From: a virus
Lineage: Duplodnaviria; Caudoviricetes
Length of the DNA stretch: 64,000 nucleotides
IMG/VR virus record: IMGVR_UViG_3300014202_000529
Span: 104,790 to 168,789 of that record
Strand: one strand, 5' to 3'
Shown: piece by piece, positions 17,325-27,471 of the stretch
How positions within the stretch are numbered: position 1 is the first letter of the stretch
Layout: each line of letters begins with the position of its first letter
The notes under the pieces: model-generated
Told to the model about the DNA's origin: nothing
The model's input: only the letters and a program-made list of their open reading frames with translations
The model's database searches: none
Program-made: the position numbers and the translations under genes

Positions 17325-18557
17325 TTATTTTTTCCAACTCCTGGACACTTTAAAGTTCTCATGACTGAACTCAAGACGATCAACAAGCTTTACCGCATTG
17401 CCAAGGATATCCACTGCAACAAATCCTTCGGGTCTTGTCACTTTGTACCCAGACTCCACCCGTATAAAACTCTTCGTACTCTCCGCTTTTGATAATTTAT
17501 CCAGGATCAATAGTTTAGCAGAAACAATAGCATTTTGCAAGTCAAAAAGAATCCTAATATCATTGCTATGAACTTGAAAGAAACCAAGTATGTTCGACTT
17601 TTCTTTGAACCGCTTCGTTTGTGTCTCCACCTTCTTAGCTTCAAGGACCTTTGCCGACAATCTCTTGTCTATCCAACGGATCAGACCATTAGTATGGACG
17701 ATGGTATCTTTTATCGACTGACCCTCTCGTATAACAGAATTGTTGTACATCTTAACAAGATCTCGATACACAGTGTTCATGGAAATCTGTTGTAAGACCC
17801 TAGTGTTAATGCTTTTAAATTTACGGTTGACTTCTACCAACTTGGCATCCATCAAGTCAGTCTCAACCTCCGTGAATGTTGCTGTGCCAGACTCGTCAAT
17901 AAAACTAGCATCCCTGAACCACACATCCTTTGTGTTATGAAGATAACCAAGATCAACGTTAAATGAGGTTTTTAATGACTCCATTGTCTTTCCGCTGTAC
18001 TCGGTATGAAAAACAATACCAAGCTTTGCTTTACCAATTCTATCCGCTAATTTTGTAAGAACTGGAATAGCATAGGTGATGGTATTGGGGGTAAAAGTTA
18101 TATAATCGGTACCAGAAATTTCCTGTACCGTTGGCTCATCCTCGGTAAACAAAATATCACCCTGCAAAATACCTTTGATGCCAAGCTTAGGAAGATAGCG
18201 TAAACAGATTTTTAATTTATCTTGGAGTTCTGGGGATTCATGGTTGGTGATGATATCCTGCTCAGTGTAATTAATTTTTGGGTTCTTGGAAAAGACGCTC
18301 TTGGTACCAACAAAAAACTTACCATTGTCTGGGTTAATCCCAGCAACCACAGAAGGTGCACCATCCCATTTGGTGGTGACATTCATCTTACTGAACCTTG
18401 AATGACCAGAAAGCATATCACGAAGCGATGTGAGGAAGTTTAAAGCACCTACAACACCATCAATCCCATCATTGAACATCAGATCTTCAATATGTTCAAG
18501 ATGTATGTTTTTCGGCTCATTGTCTTCTGTTAGATATGTCTTAAAATCTGTTACCAC
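17325..18557 (-). CDS. Conserved T4-like protein (DUF6267-like)
   Basis: NIHLEHIED, TTKWDGAP, FTPNTITY, PEGFVAVD...KLVDRLEFS; N-terminal FKTYLTE. Confidence 0.75.
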   Translation of the reverse strand: MVTDFKTYLTEDNEPKNIHLEHIEDLMFNDGIDGVVGALNFLTSLRDMLSGHSRFSKMNVTTKWDGAPSVVAGINPDNGKFFVGTKSVFSKNPKINYTEQDIITNHESPELQDKLKICLRYLPKLGIKGILQGDILFTEDEPTVQEISGTDYITFTPNTITYAIPVLTKLADRIGKAKLGIVFHTEYSGKTMESLKTSFNVDLGYLHNTKDVWFRDASFIDESGTATFTEVETDLMDAKLVEVNRKFKSINTRVLQQISMNTVYRDLVKMYNNSVIREGQSIKDTIVHTNGLIRWIDKRLSAKVLEAKKVETQTKRFKEKSNILGFFQVHSNDIRILFDLQNAIVSAKLLILDKLSKAESTKSFIRVESGYKVTRPEGFVAVDILGNAVKLVDRLEFSHENFKVSRSWKK

Positions 18558-19468
18558 GGATCACCCATAAGTTTTAAAGATGATGCTAACTTTTCAGAAC
18601 TATACTTTGCTCGAATCTTCATCACTCTCTTATCCGAACCACTGACCCCAACACTCGCCCAACCATACTTTTCAATATATATCAACCCCTGAGACAACGA
18701 GCGAACTTTATCATTATCCAGGGGATGTTCAACCCTTGCTCGAATGGACCCTAATTTCTTACCTATCCCAGTAACCTTAATGTATGGTGGATATTTATCG
18801 ACTGATGCATTTAACCAGGTATCAAGAATATAACACTTTAGATACTCATCGTCAAACTCTTTTAGCTTATCAAATAGAATATCCCGAACCTTTTCTAGTA
18901 TTTGGGTACCTGCTTGTCTCGTCAACGACCTAATTTCAGGATTGCTGCGTATAAAGGTCTTCCTCTCTTCCATCTGCACCGGAAGCCCCAACTGTTTTAT
19001 CACATCATCAGTCATTTGGTTTGTCGCTGAACTGATATCTATTTGTAAGTCAGTCTCGACTGAACCAACTCCTAGGTTTTTGAAACTGATATCAGAACGA
19101 CCGCGAGTTGATTTTGCAGACATCCCCAAATACCCATCCGATGGTCCGTCAGTAAACTGAACCAATATATCTGTTGGGTTCTTTCTCTGATCGATATTGA
19201 TCTGGAAAATACTTTGAAGTGTTCCGGGTCTACCAGTCCACCAGACATTTTTTATAGGTGTCAGATATCCAGCTTGTTCTGCCCAGGAAAGGAATGCTTG
19301 GACCATGAACCGCGCTCTCTCTAATTGCAATGAAGCTTCTTCTTCCCCTATGGATTGATATTTCTTATCAAAGATATCCTTGACTTCCTGGGAAGACCAA
19401 GTTTCACTGGAAAGGAGAAATAGTATGAAAAGTTCATTGACATCAGATAAATCTGTAAGATTTGGCAT
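18551..19468 (-). CDS. Hypothetical protein, PD-(D/E)xK nuclease-like
   Basis: DVNE near the N-terminus; PTDILV...GMSAK catalytic-like motif. Confidence 0.5.
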   Translation of the reverse strand: MPNLTDLSDVNELFILFLLSSETWSSQEVKDIFDKKYQSIGEEEASLQLERARFMVQAFLSWAEQAGYLTPIKNVWWTGRPGTLQSIFQINIDQRKNPTDILVQFTDGPSDGYLGMSAKSTRGRSDISFKNLGVGSVETDLQIDISSATNQMTDDVIKQLGLPVQMEERKTFIRSNPEIRSLTRQAGTQILEKVRDILFDKLKEFDDEYLKCYILDTWLNASVDKYPPYIKVTGIGKKLGSIRARVEHPLDNDKVRSLSQGLIYIEKYGWASVGVSGSDKRVMKIRAKYSSEKLASSLKLMGDPW

Positions 19469-19485
19469 ACATAATATTTCGTCAA

Positions 19486-19493
19486 TATTTAGA
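19486..19493 (-). promoter_or_regulatory. Late promoter variant
   Basis: TCTAAATA overlapping the oxygenase stop codon, 17 nt upstream of the next ATG. Confidence 0.5.
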
Positions 19494-20067
19494 GGTAATG
19501 TAAGTAACCAGAAACAATATACTTAGGACCACTAATTGGTTTTTCTCCCCAATGGGGATAGGTCCATAGAGGGGGGAACATGAGGACCCTTCCCTCTACT
19601 GCAGGGACCGACGCAAACGGCTGCGGACAAGCTGGCTCATAACCAAAATTAGTCATACCACCGCGATCCACCGTATTCAAATACCACAAAAACGACAAAA
19701 ATCTTCTCGATGAGGCATAGCTCCCAACATCAGTATGAAATGAAAATTCATCTTTATTGTTTGGTAAATATCTCTTCATCCTGAACTGTTCAAATCCAAA
19801 TGTCTTGGGCCACTGCGAATCAAGAAGTATTTTATGTTCCTGCGCATAAGCGCGCCATAACTGATTCACAGACCTAACCATTGTGTCATTTTCTTTTTCC
19901 CAATTCGTATGGGAAGTGATATTGATTTCTTTGAAGTGTCGGTTTCCCCAATCGGTGTCTTCCTGCTCATGCTCTTCATTCTTCTCAAACTTCTCAATCA
20001 TACCAACACAAAAACTATGGGTAAGCGCACCATCTAATACTGTAATGTAGCTTTTCATCATCTTCAC
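19489..20067 (-). CDS. 2OG-Fe(II) oxygenase (prolyl-4-hydroxylase-like)
   Basis: FHTD (HxD), WYLN, FPPLWTYPH, KYIVS. Confidence 0.88.
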   Translation of the reverse strand: MKMMKSYITVLDGALTHSFCVGMIEKFEKNEEHEQEDTDWGNRHFKEINITSHTNWEKENDTMVRSVNQLWRAYAQEHKILLDSQWPKTFGFEQFRMKRYLPNNKDEFSFHTDVGSYASSRRFLSFLWYLNTVDRGGMTNFGYEPACPQPFASVPAVEGRVLMFPPLWTYPHWGEKPISGPKYIVSGYLHYL

Positions 20068-21480
20068 CTAGAACTTAAATTTAGATAGATCGTCTTTATT
20101 GATCGGTTTTCTCTCAAATGGTTTTCTTTCTTGTGCTACATTGGGTGTGGTTTGCCCAGCATCTTGTAATCCTTGTTGTGCTGTTTGTGAAACGTCATGC
20201 AATCTCATCTTTGGTTTATCCACCCCAATAACAAACCTCTTATTGTTCGCCTTGTCGTTATACCTGTTCTTCAACTGCTTGATCATGTATTGACCCATCT
20301 TTTCTAGATCTTCAGTACTTATGATGGCGGCAAAGAAGTCTGCTGTAGCAGGTAAACCAAACGACTCTGAAGTATCAGTCAACTCAAGATCTGTACTTTC
20401 AAATCCACTTCTTGTTGTCTGCGTAGCGGTAACCAAAGGTACGCAGTACTCGACTGCGAGACCCCGCAATTCTTCTGCTATTGCCTTAACATATTCATAA
20501 CTGTTGGCACCACCGCCCATTTTAATTCTAGCTGATGCACATATATTGATATAATCAACAAAAATCAAATCTGGTTTGAACGACTTCTTAAGTGCAAGCT
20601 CACTCAACAACCCCCTAAAGTGGTGACAAGATGCTGATGCAGTGGGGAATTCCTTAACAATCAACTTACCCTGTGTTTTATTTTTAAATATAGAAAACCT
20701 ACGGTCATAGTCTTGTTTTGAAATTTTCTCCAAATCATCCAATTTAACATTTAGCAAGTTGGCGTCAATTCTCTCAGCTATCTTCTCTTCTGCCATTTCA
20801 AGTGTGATATACACAACATTGTACCCTGCAGAAAGAGCAGCACCAGCTAAATGACACATGAGCAAGGTTTTTCCAACACCAGTTCCGGCGAGGAACACAT
20901 TAAGGGTCTTAACCGAAAACCCACCCTTAGTTATCTTGTTGAAAAATTCAAGATCAAATGGAATCTTTTTTTCTTTCTTATGGTATGCAGCAAACCGATC
21001 ATCAGATTGCAGCATATAATCATGACCCACATGAGGATCAAAAGAAACGGAGAGTGCTTGCTGAAGAATGAAGGGAATGACTTCCCTTGGTTTCTTGTTC
21101 TTCTTGTCCGACTCATCCATGATGGACACTGCTTCAAGGACCGCATTATACAATGCAGAATCTTTACAAAACTTTTCCGTTTGTCCCAAAAGCCAAGGAA
21201 TATCTGTCGGTTCAGCTTTATCCAGGTTGATATCTTTTAGTAGATCAACCGCATCCTTAATCTGCTCTTCTTTGGTATTGGTGGACTCTGTGATTTCAAT
21301 AATTAATGCTTCAAATGTGGGGAGAGATTTAAACTTCTCGATAAAGCGAGAGATATGTGTAAACAGCAACCGTTCTGTTTGTTCTTTAAAGTATTCTGCT
21401 TTGAGAAAGGGAATAACCTTTCTCATATATGATTCATTATAGATGAGGTTCTTTAGAATCGTGCTCTCTAATCGTAGCAT
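20068..21480 (-). CDS. gp41: Replicative DNA helicase (T4 gp41-like)
   Basis: AGTGVGKT, ITLEMAEE, VDYINI, TATQTTRSG, SESFGLPATAD. Confidence 0.96.
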   Translation of the reverse strand: MLRLESTILKNLIYNESYMRKVIPFLKAEYFKEQTERLLFTHISRFIEKFKSLPTFEALIIEITESTNTKEEQIKDAVDLLKDINLDKAEPTDIPWLLGQTEKFCKDSALYNAVLEAVSIMDESDKKNKKPREVIPFILQQALSVSFDPHVGHDYMLQSDDRFAAYHKKEKKIPFDLEFFNKITKGGFSVKTLNVFLAGTGVGKTLLMCHLAGAALSAGYNVVYITLEMAEEKIAERIDANLLNVKLDDLEKISKQDYDRRFSIFKNKTQGKLIVKEFPTASASCHHFRGLLSELALKKSFKPDLIFVDYINICASARIKMGGGANSYEYVKAIAEELRGLAVEYCVPLVTATQTTRSGFESTDLELTDTSESFGLPATADFFAAIISTEDLEKMGQYMIKQLKNRYNDKANNKRFVIGVDKPKMRLHDVSQTAQQGLQDAGQTTPNVAQERKPFERKPINKDDLSKFKF

Positions 21481-21844
21481 ACTCTCCCTTCCCATTATCT
21501 AAAAGAATAGCAGTCAATATATCACCAGCACGTTGTTTGAAATCATCCCCCTTCACCGCACGATGGTCCATACCATCTGGTAGAGAATGAACCCTGTAAT
21601 CAAATGACAGGATTGCTGGTGTTTCAGGAATTTCTGGTGGAATGACCTTCACTCGCCCATAATAATATACCACACCGCTATATGAACCGTCAATGATCTT
21701 TATGGCACTCAGTACATCTTCACCAATAACCAATTCAGTAAAAGTGTAATCAACCTCTTCTTGTGGGAGTGGGTTACTCGTCGCTTTCTTTTGAATCGAC
21801 AAGATCCCCATAAGCCACTTCACAATGCTTCTTAATAAATTCAT
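21437..21844 (-). CDS. Conserved hypothetical protein between uvsX and gp41
   Basis: IKIIDGSYSGVVYYYGRV...GDIL; syntenic position. Confidence 0.6.
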   Translation of the reverse strand: MNLLRSIVKWLMGILSIQKKATSNPLPQEEVDYTFTELVIGEDVLSAIKIIDGSYSGVVYYYGRVKVIPPEIPETPAILSFDYRVHSLPDGMDHRAVKGDDFKQRAGDILTAILLDNGKGEYATIREHDSKEPHL

Positions 21845-22805
21845 TAAATTCTCCATCTTTAAGAAGATCCTTCCAAAATGCCTCTGTTTTTGTCTCCGAC
21901 TCACGAACCTTGTTAGCGGTTCCTTTTTTCACATACCAACCTGGTGATGGTTTTGTGACGAACCCACCCTCAAGAGCCAACTCAAGAAGACCAGAGTAAA
22001 TTTCGATACCATTTTCAAACGTAACAGTTAGTCCAAATTTAGACTTCTCTTTGACATACCTAGATTTCTCAACATTCAACACGAAATTATAACCTGCAAC
22101 TTCACCATCAACCTTATTCTGCTGCCTTCCAACAATCCAAATGGTATCTGCTGCAAAATAACTACCAGTGCCACCACCAACAATATCCTTTGGATACATC
22201 CCAAGCTCTTTATAGGTGTGGTTAATGACCACCATAGGGATATCCTTGATTCTTAGGTGTGGGGTAATCATTCTGAACAAGGACTTGATTGATTTAGCGC
22301 GGGTCATGTCCGCAACTGCTTTACCCTCTAGCGTATCATCAACTTCCTTCGAAGATGCTAATTGACCCAATGAATCGATAACAATAAGGACTTTCTCACC
22401 GCGCTTAAATTCCTTCAACTGAACCATGATGTCATGCTTGAATTGCTCAACATCGACAATTGGACAATGCAAAACCCTGCTCATATCAATTCCAAAAGAT
22501 TTGAAGTATCCCTTTGGGGTACCAAATTCAGAGTCATAGAACAACACCGCACCATCAGGATATTTCTTCTGGAATGACCGCATCATGAACAATGCAATTA
22601 ACGACTTAAAATGCTTCGATGGTCCTGCAATCTGTGTGACACCAGAAGTGAGTCCACCTTGCAAACTACCCTGTAGAGCAATGTTTAAAATTGGAATTTC
22701 TGTGGGGATAACCTGACGATCACTAAAAATGTCAGAATCATCTAGTGCATTAGCAATATCAATTGTTGTCTGTTTTTTCATACGATCCATCAATGACATA
22801 ATCAA
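21774..22805 (-). CDS. uvsX: RecA-like recombinase UvsX
   Basis: AGPSKHFKS, FYDSEFG, DMTRAK, GGGTG. Confidence 0.96.
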   Translation of the reverse strand: MIMSLMDRMKKQTTIDIANALDDSDIFSDRQVIPTEIPILNIALQGSLQGGLTSGVTQIAGPSKHFKSLIALFMMRSFQKKYPDGAVLFYDSEFGTPKGYFKSFGIDMSRVLHCPIVDVEQFKHDIMVQLKEFKRGEKVLIVIDSLGQLASSKEVDDTLEGKAVADMTRAKSIKSLFRMITPHLRIKDIPMVVINHTYKELGMYPKDIVGGGTGSYFAADTIWIVGRQQNKVDGEVAGYNFVLNVEKSRYVKEKSKFGLTVTFENGIEIYSGLLELALEGGFVTKPSPGWYVKKGTANKVRESETKTEAFWKDLLKDGEFNEFIKKHCEVAYGDLVDSKESDE

Positions 22806-22809
22806 TCTC

Positions 22810-23001
22810 CTATTCTTCTGATGTAACTATGGGGAATATGGATGCTCCCCAACTTCCCCTGCAACCTTCTGACGGACATATCCAATTACCAAGATCAATC
22901 AACAATAACTCAGTGGGGTGATACTCACCCCCACAACGAATACAATGAACCAACGACACCGGACGCCAATTTGTTTCAGCATAAATTTCATGTGGTGTCA
23001 C
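22810..23001 (-). CDS. Small Zn-finger protein
   Basis: CIRC...CPSEGC; start overlaps the polymerase stop. Confidence 0.55.
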   Translation of the reverse strand: MTPHEIYAETNWRPVSLVHCIRCGGEYHPTELLLIDLGNWICPSEGCRGSWGASIFPIVTSEE

Positions 23002-25544
23002 TTAAAGAACCCCTCTAATGTACTGGTTTTCTCTGTGTGCCAATTTATCTTATCTAGGACAATTCGCAATGGTTCAATAAAACTCTTTTCAAATTGGTAT
23101 CGATAATCCACCATAGACTCTAAATTCAATTCCTTTGGAATACGAGAAAGAAATGCGATAACAGGAACACCAAGAGGATTTGGACTCTTGAGGGAAATGA
23201 ATTTGATCTTCTCGCCACTCTTGATCAACTCATATGTCCCATCGAGGTTTTTTTCTTTAATGAAGTTATTATAGACCAAAGCAGCTTTCACATGCATGGG
23301 CGACCCTTTGATGTATATATCCTTCATGTCTGTATATTCTTCTAACTTATTGACAGTTCTGGGAAACCCAATCTCAGATAGTGGTAGAGTGTTAAACTCC
23401 TTTCTGAACTGATAGATGAAGTCTATAACATTCTCTTCTGTCCCCGTCATAATAATCTTAAGTGCTTCTTTAATTTTATCTCTGCATGCGGAAGGAGTAG
23501 ATGACTTTACAGCTTCCAACCCCTTAATTTTTAAATCTGGTTCTTTATAACGAACTCCTTCTTGATCCCAGACATTCAGAATGTATCTCTTCTTGGCAGT
23601 CCATATTGCCGTGTCAGCAAGACACTCCCTCTTCATCCTCATCTTCTGCTTATAGGCTCGAACATACACAGCAAGTTCTTTGTATGACTTTTCTATGAAT
23701 AGGTTAATTTTCTGGCAGGCTTTGTCCATCCAATCAATCAACTCTGGTGTACTTGGAAGATTGTCCCCAAACACCATACGAGCTAGACCTTCTAAGCTCA
23801 AATAGATGGAATCGGTGTCTGATGCTAGAACATAATCTTTATTCGTCTTTAACATCTTATTCATAAACTCATTGAGTTTTTTCTCTATCCAACGAATACT
23901 CAATTGACCAGCAAGGGTGACTGCTTCGGCAATTCGCACATCAAAGAATCTAAAATATTCATTACCCATTGCACCGTATGCGGAAACAAGATTGACCTTC
24001 TTGGCAAGCTGAAGGTTCATATACCTAGAAATAAGATTCTCCAACTCTTTCTTTCGAGTAGGATCTGTGCAATTTTCTTTTTCTTTTTGAGCCTCTATTT
24101 GCTTTTTCTTATAGATGACGCGGGCATTATACATCGTTTCCATAATCTCAGCAAGAAACCCCTGCTTATCAGTTCTAAACAACTGCCCATTTGGTGTGAT
24201 GGTGCACCCTTCCAACACCGACAAATCTAACTTTTGATCTAAAAAGGAATCAACTGTGATATTCAGTCTCAAAAGTTCCTTCATCGGTTCAGTGTAATCT
24301 TTCGGTTCGATTAATGTTTCAGGTGAAAGATTATACTGCATCATTAAATGTGGATAAAGACTATCTAAGTCAAATGAACCAACTAACCGATGCAACCCCA
24401 TTTGAGGGTCCTTTACATAAGCCCCCTCGTATGCTTTAGTCTTATGATTTTGTTTTTTTGGTGGGATAACGATATTCTTCTTTCGCAGATGGTTGTAGCA
24501 AATTGTATCCCACATGCGAACCTGACTAAACATGTCTTCATAATTGGTCTTGTTATCATATGCGAGGGTAAGTGCCATGTCGATCAACCGACCCTTCACA
24601 TTTAACTTTTCCACCAATTCAACGTCATGAATATTGTACTCAATAAACCGCTGGTAGTTACTCCTGTACAAATCATGAAGGTTGTCATAATCAGAATAGT
24701 CCAGCTTTCTCTCTTTCAGCTCCACATGAGCGATATGATCAAGCTTGTAGGATTCTTGGTTACTCTTGGGGGAATACTTTCTAAAGAGCTGTAAATAGTC
24801 TAGTGTCGATATACCCAGAATGTCAAACACTCGTTGTTCTTTACCATAGAAATGTTCAGTGTTGAGGGTAATCTTACCCCAAGGAGATAACCATTTAGCT
24901 TTCTCCTCACCAAAAAGAGGTAGAGCACAAATACGACCCACAATATAAGGAATATCGAAGGTCTTTACATTCCACCCAGTAATCACATCAGGGTATTCCT
25001 CTTTCCAAAATTCCAAAAACTGCTCAATCAAATCATGTTCATCTCTGCAGCGATGATATTTGATGTCCCCGCGATGTTCTTTATAAGACCCACAACCAAA
25101 CACATCATAGTAAGAACGATTGGACAGCTTCACTGTGATAGCGGTAATTGGGTTTTCACATTTCTCAATATTCGGCATACCATGCTCGGTGCCGACTTCG
25201 ATGTCAATATACGCAACCACAACATCAGAAATGTTCCAATCAATAGTATCTTCTGGATGTTGGTCAGAAATGAAAGTGTATTCGAATTTCGTATTTCCGT
25301 AGATAGTGAACCCATCGACATCTTTGTATTTTGTTAGATATTCCCGCGCTTCATAAATCGAGGAAAATTTGAGGGTATCCACCGCATTGCCATGAAGATC
25401 TTTCCAAGTAGTGGAGAGGGGAGAATGGGAAGGGACAAAAAGAGTAGGTGAGTATTCTTTCTTCAAGCGTACTCGCCGACCGTTATCAACACCACGATAA
25501 TAAATGTAGTTGCCCCTGCAGGCAACATGCGTATAAAATTTCAT
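22998..25544 (-). CDS. gp43: Family B DNA polymerase (T4 gp43-like)
   Basis: DIEV exonuclease, SFDLDSLYPH, KKVNLVSAYG, SDTDS, KKRY; start set at MKFYTHV. Confidence 0.97.
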   Translation of the reverse strand: MKFYTHVACRGNYIYYRGVDNGRRVRLKKEYSPTLFVPSHSPLSTTWKDLHGNAVDTLKFSSIYEAREYLTKYKDVDGFTIYGNTKFEYTFISDQHPEDTIDWNISDVVVAYIDIEVGTEHGMPNIEKCENPITAITVKLSNRSYYDVFGCGSYKEHRGDIKYHRCRDEHDLIEQFLEFWKEEYPDVITGWNVKTFDIPYIVGRICALPLFGEEKAKWLSPWGKITLNTEHFYGKEQRVFDILGISTLDYLQLFRKYSPKSNQESYKLDHIAHVELKERKLDYSDYDNLHDLYRSNYQRFIEYNIHDVELVEKLNVKGRLIDMALTLAYDNKTNYEDMFSQVRMWDTICYNHLRKKNIVIPPKKQNHKTKAYEGAYVKDPQMGLHRLVGSFDLDSLYPHLMMQYNLSPETLIEPKDYTEPMKELLRLNITVDSFLDQKLDLSVLEGCTITPNGQLFRTDKQGFLAEIMETMYNARVIYKKKQIEAQKEKENCTDPTRKKELENLISRYMNLQLAKKVNLVSAYGAMGNEYFRFFDVRIAEAVTLAGQLSIRWIEKKLNEFMNKMLKTNKDYVLASDTDSIYLSLEGLARMVFGDNLPSTPELIDWMDKACQKINLFIEKSYKELAVYVRAYKQKMRMKRECLADTAIWTAKKRYILNVWDQEGVRYKEPDLKIKGLEAVKSSTPSACRDKIKEALKIIMTGTEENVIDFIYQFRKEFNTLPLSEIGFPRTVNKLEEYTDMKDIYIKGSPMHVKAALVYNNFIKEKNLDGTYELIKSGEKIKFISLKSPNPLGVPVIAFLSRIPKELNLESMVDYRYQFEKSFIEPLRIVLDKINWHTEKTSTLEGFFK

Positions 25545-25569
25545 AAATGAAATGCTTTCACAAATGGAA

Positions 25570-25914
25570 TTAACGACCGCTCGGCAACACCAACCCTGAC
25601 GCACCACCAGGAAGAACCAATCCACTACCAAAATTGGTGCTATAGTTATTAACTAGATCTGCCATCGGGGTCAAGACAGAAAGAATATCGTTTGCAGAAA
25701 ACACAACTCCACTTTCCCACTCAACTGTATACTGCATGAATGGGGTGAATGCCATACCCACCTTACCCTGTGCTGCTTCTGCTTCTGTGCGAGGACCAAT
25801 AACCAACTGAACCGGTTTCTTGATTGTCACTTTACCGATGGTAGCATCAACCTCAGTGAATTCACCAACAAGCTGTAGACCATTATTGAAGAGAACCAAT
25901 TTCACATCACTCAT
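25570..25914 (-). CDS. Conserved hypothetical protein upstream of gp43
   Basis: Sm-like beta pattern ending FGSGLVLP, typical of this locus in T4-like phages. Confidence 0.7.
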   Translation of the reverse strand: MSDVKLVLFNNGLQLVGEFTEVDATIGKVTIKKPVQLVIGPRTEAEAAQGKVGMAFTPFMQYTVEWESGVVFSANDILSVLTPMADLVNNYSTNFGSGLVLPGGASGLVLPSGR

Positions 25915-26321
25915 CGCAACCCTCCCTTATTGTTAATATGTGAGACAAACGGAGCATAATCTGGTTTTTCCCAGTTTGATGGCTTCATGATCTTACCTTC
26001 TGAATTTCTCAGCAACTTACCTGTGGTAGGATCTTTCTGTAACTTCGCCATATTTGAACGTGCCAACACCTTCCATGCAGCATCTAAACGATGTCCCTTG
26101 ACGTTACAGAGACCTATGGTCACCCAAATAAGATCCATTGCTTCATTGAGGATGTCTTTCTCAACACCGGACTCAACTGCCGCAATCAACTCTTTGTATT
26201 CTTCTTTGACGAGTTTTAGATAGAGTTCTGGTTTATCTGAAGGAGCTGCAGGATCGTAGAGAGAAAGCTGTTCACTCTTGACTTGAAATTCCCACACATC
26301 ATCAATCATAGAATTAAACAT
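25911..26321 (-). CDS. MazG/PRA-PH-like NTP pyrophosphohydrolase
   Basis: LVKEEYKEL, EAMDL, SNMAK, GKIMKP. Confidence 0.8.
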   Translation of the reverse strand: MFNSMIDDVWEFQVKSEQLSLYDPAAPSDKPELYLKLVKEEYKELIAAVESGVEKDILNEAMDLIWVTIGLCNVKGHRLDAAWKVLARSNMAKLQKDPTTGKLLRNSEGKIMKPSNWEKPDYAPFVSHINNKGGLR

Positions 26322-26347
26322 TACAAACCTCCGTTACAAGTTGAGGG

Positions 26348-26376
26348 AGTATAACACAATCACATAGGTTATGCAA
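26348..26376 (-). promoter_or_regulatory. sigma70-type promoter
   Basis: TTGCAT-N17-TATACT. Confidence 0.6.
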
Positions 26377-26851
26377 GTAGTCTGGGGGTGTAAATGGTTT
26401 TTCCATTCACTTTATGTGCGGTTTTAACTTCCATCTTCTGGTTTCCTGGCACATATGAAACATGTACCCAACCAGAATTAGGTTGTCCTGGGGTGTAGAA
26501 CTCCAATATGACCTGATGGAACTCTGGAATATTCTCAGCACACCACAATGCAACCTCATAATTGGGGACACCATCAATCTCAAAATCAACTGCCTGACCA
26601 TAGCAATGTTTACTGATATTTGATGCAACAGAAGTAAATGGATTCAGCACCTTATTCAGTGCTAGTGAACGATAACCGGAATTGATTCGAACTGGTCTTT
26701 TAAAATGAGCCCTGACAGGTTCAAGAACCTTTTCACAAATAGTGCGCAAATTGGCAATAACTGTATCGTCTGGTGTGTTGTCAATATCCAAACGAGTAGC
26801 GGTTTCTGATCGAGTGAACTCATAGAGAGAAAAATGAGGAGATAGTTTCAT
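26369..26851 (-). CDS. Peptidase M15A (probable endolysin)
   Basis: LSPHFSL.EF, NSGYRS, SKHCYGQAVD, WVHVS. Confidence 0.88.
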   Translation of the reverse strand: MKLSPHFSLYEFTRSETATRLDIDNTPDDTVIANLRTICEKVLEPVRAHFKRPVRINSGYRSLALNKVLNPFTSVASNISKHCYGQAVDFEIDGVPNYEVALWCAENIPEFHQVILEFYTPGQPNSGWVHVSYVPGNQKMEVKTAHKVNGKTIYTPRLLA

Positions 26852-26853
26852 AG

Positions 26854-27450
26854 TTACACCCACATAGAACGACGATGTTTAATGAGCAATTGGAGCATTG
26901 TTTGATCTTCTTCATGATATTTATCTTCCAATTCACCAGCTTCTTTCAATTTTTGACTGTAGATCTTTGTAAATTTACGAGACTTCCCATGTGGTGTGGG
27001 TTCATATCGCTCAAAACTTTCATCTTCTGCAAAATCCCAAGGGTCTTGTCGTTGTGGACGATCATGTTTCCAAAACTTATAGAGTTTATAAAATGCTTCT
27101 GCAGATTCCGATTGAGAGGGGTGTTCATCTTTTAATGACATTTCCCATTTTAATTTAAGAAGACCCTGGAGAGCATTTCTTCGATATGTGTGAGGAATTA
27201 ACCATCTGAGGGTTGGAATTTCATCCAATAGTTCAAAAAGATTCTGTAGTGGAGTATTGAGGTAATCGGGTCCAGCATAGGTGCAGTCAATCTCAACATA
27301 ATCAACAAGGACCTGAAATGCTGCATGAAGAAGTTGATCATCAGGATCATGATATAGTCCGTACCCATAATCCTTATTTTTTATAATAACTTTATGAGAT
27401 GGACATATGAAGTAGTTATGTAGGAATGGTAGAATCTCTTTAAAATTCAT
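26854..27450 (-). CDS. Conserved phage hypothetical protein
   Basis: LLHAAFQVLVDYVE...EDQTMLQLLIKHRRSMW. Confidence 0.7.
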   Translation of the reverse strand: MNFKEILPFLHNYFICPSHKVIIKNKDYGYGLYHDPDDQLLHAAFQVLVDYVEIDCTYAGPDYLNTPLQNLFELLDEIPTLRWLIPHTYRRNALQGLLKLKWEMSLKDEHPSQSESAEAFYKLYKFWKHDRPQRQDPWDFAEDESFERYEPTPHGKSRKFTKIYSQKLKEAGELEDKYHEEDQTMLQLLIKHRRSMWV

Positions 27451-27471
27451 AATATTATTAAGTCCTATATT

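Noticed and set aside
25545-25631. Extended N-termini in the ORF track (gp43; also gp44, gp62, gp41, SLOG, DUF1643)
   Set aside because: The extensions overlap upstream genes; starts were reset to the downstream ATG matching the family N-terminus
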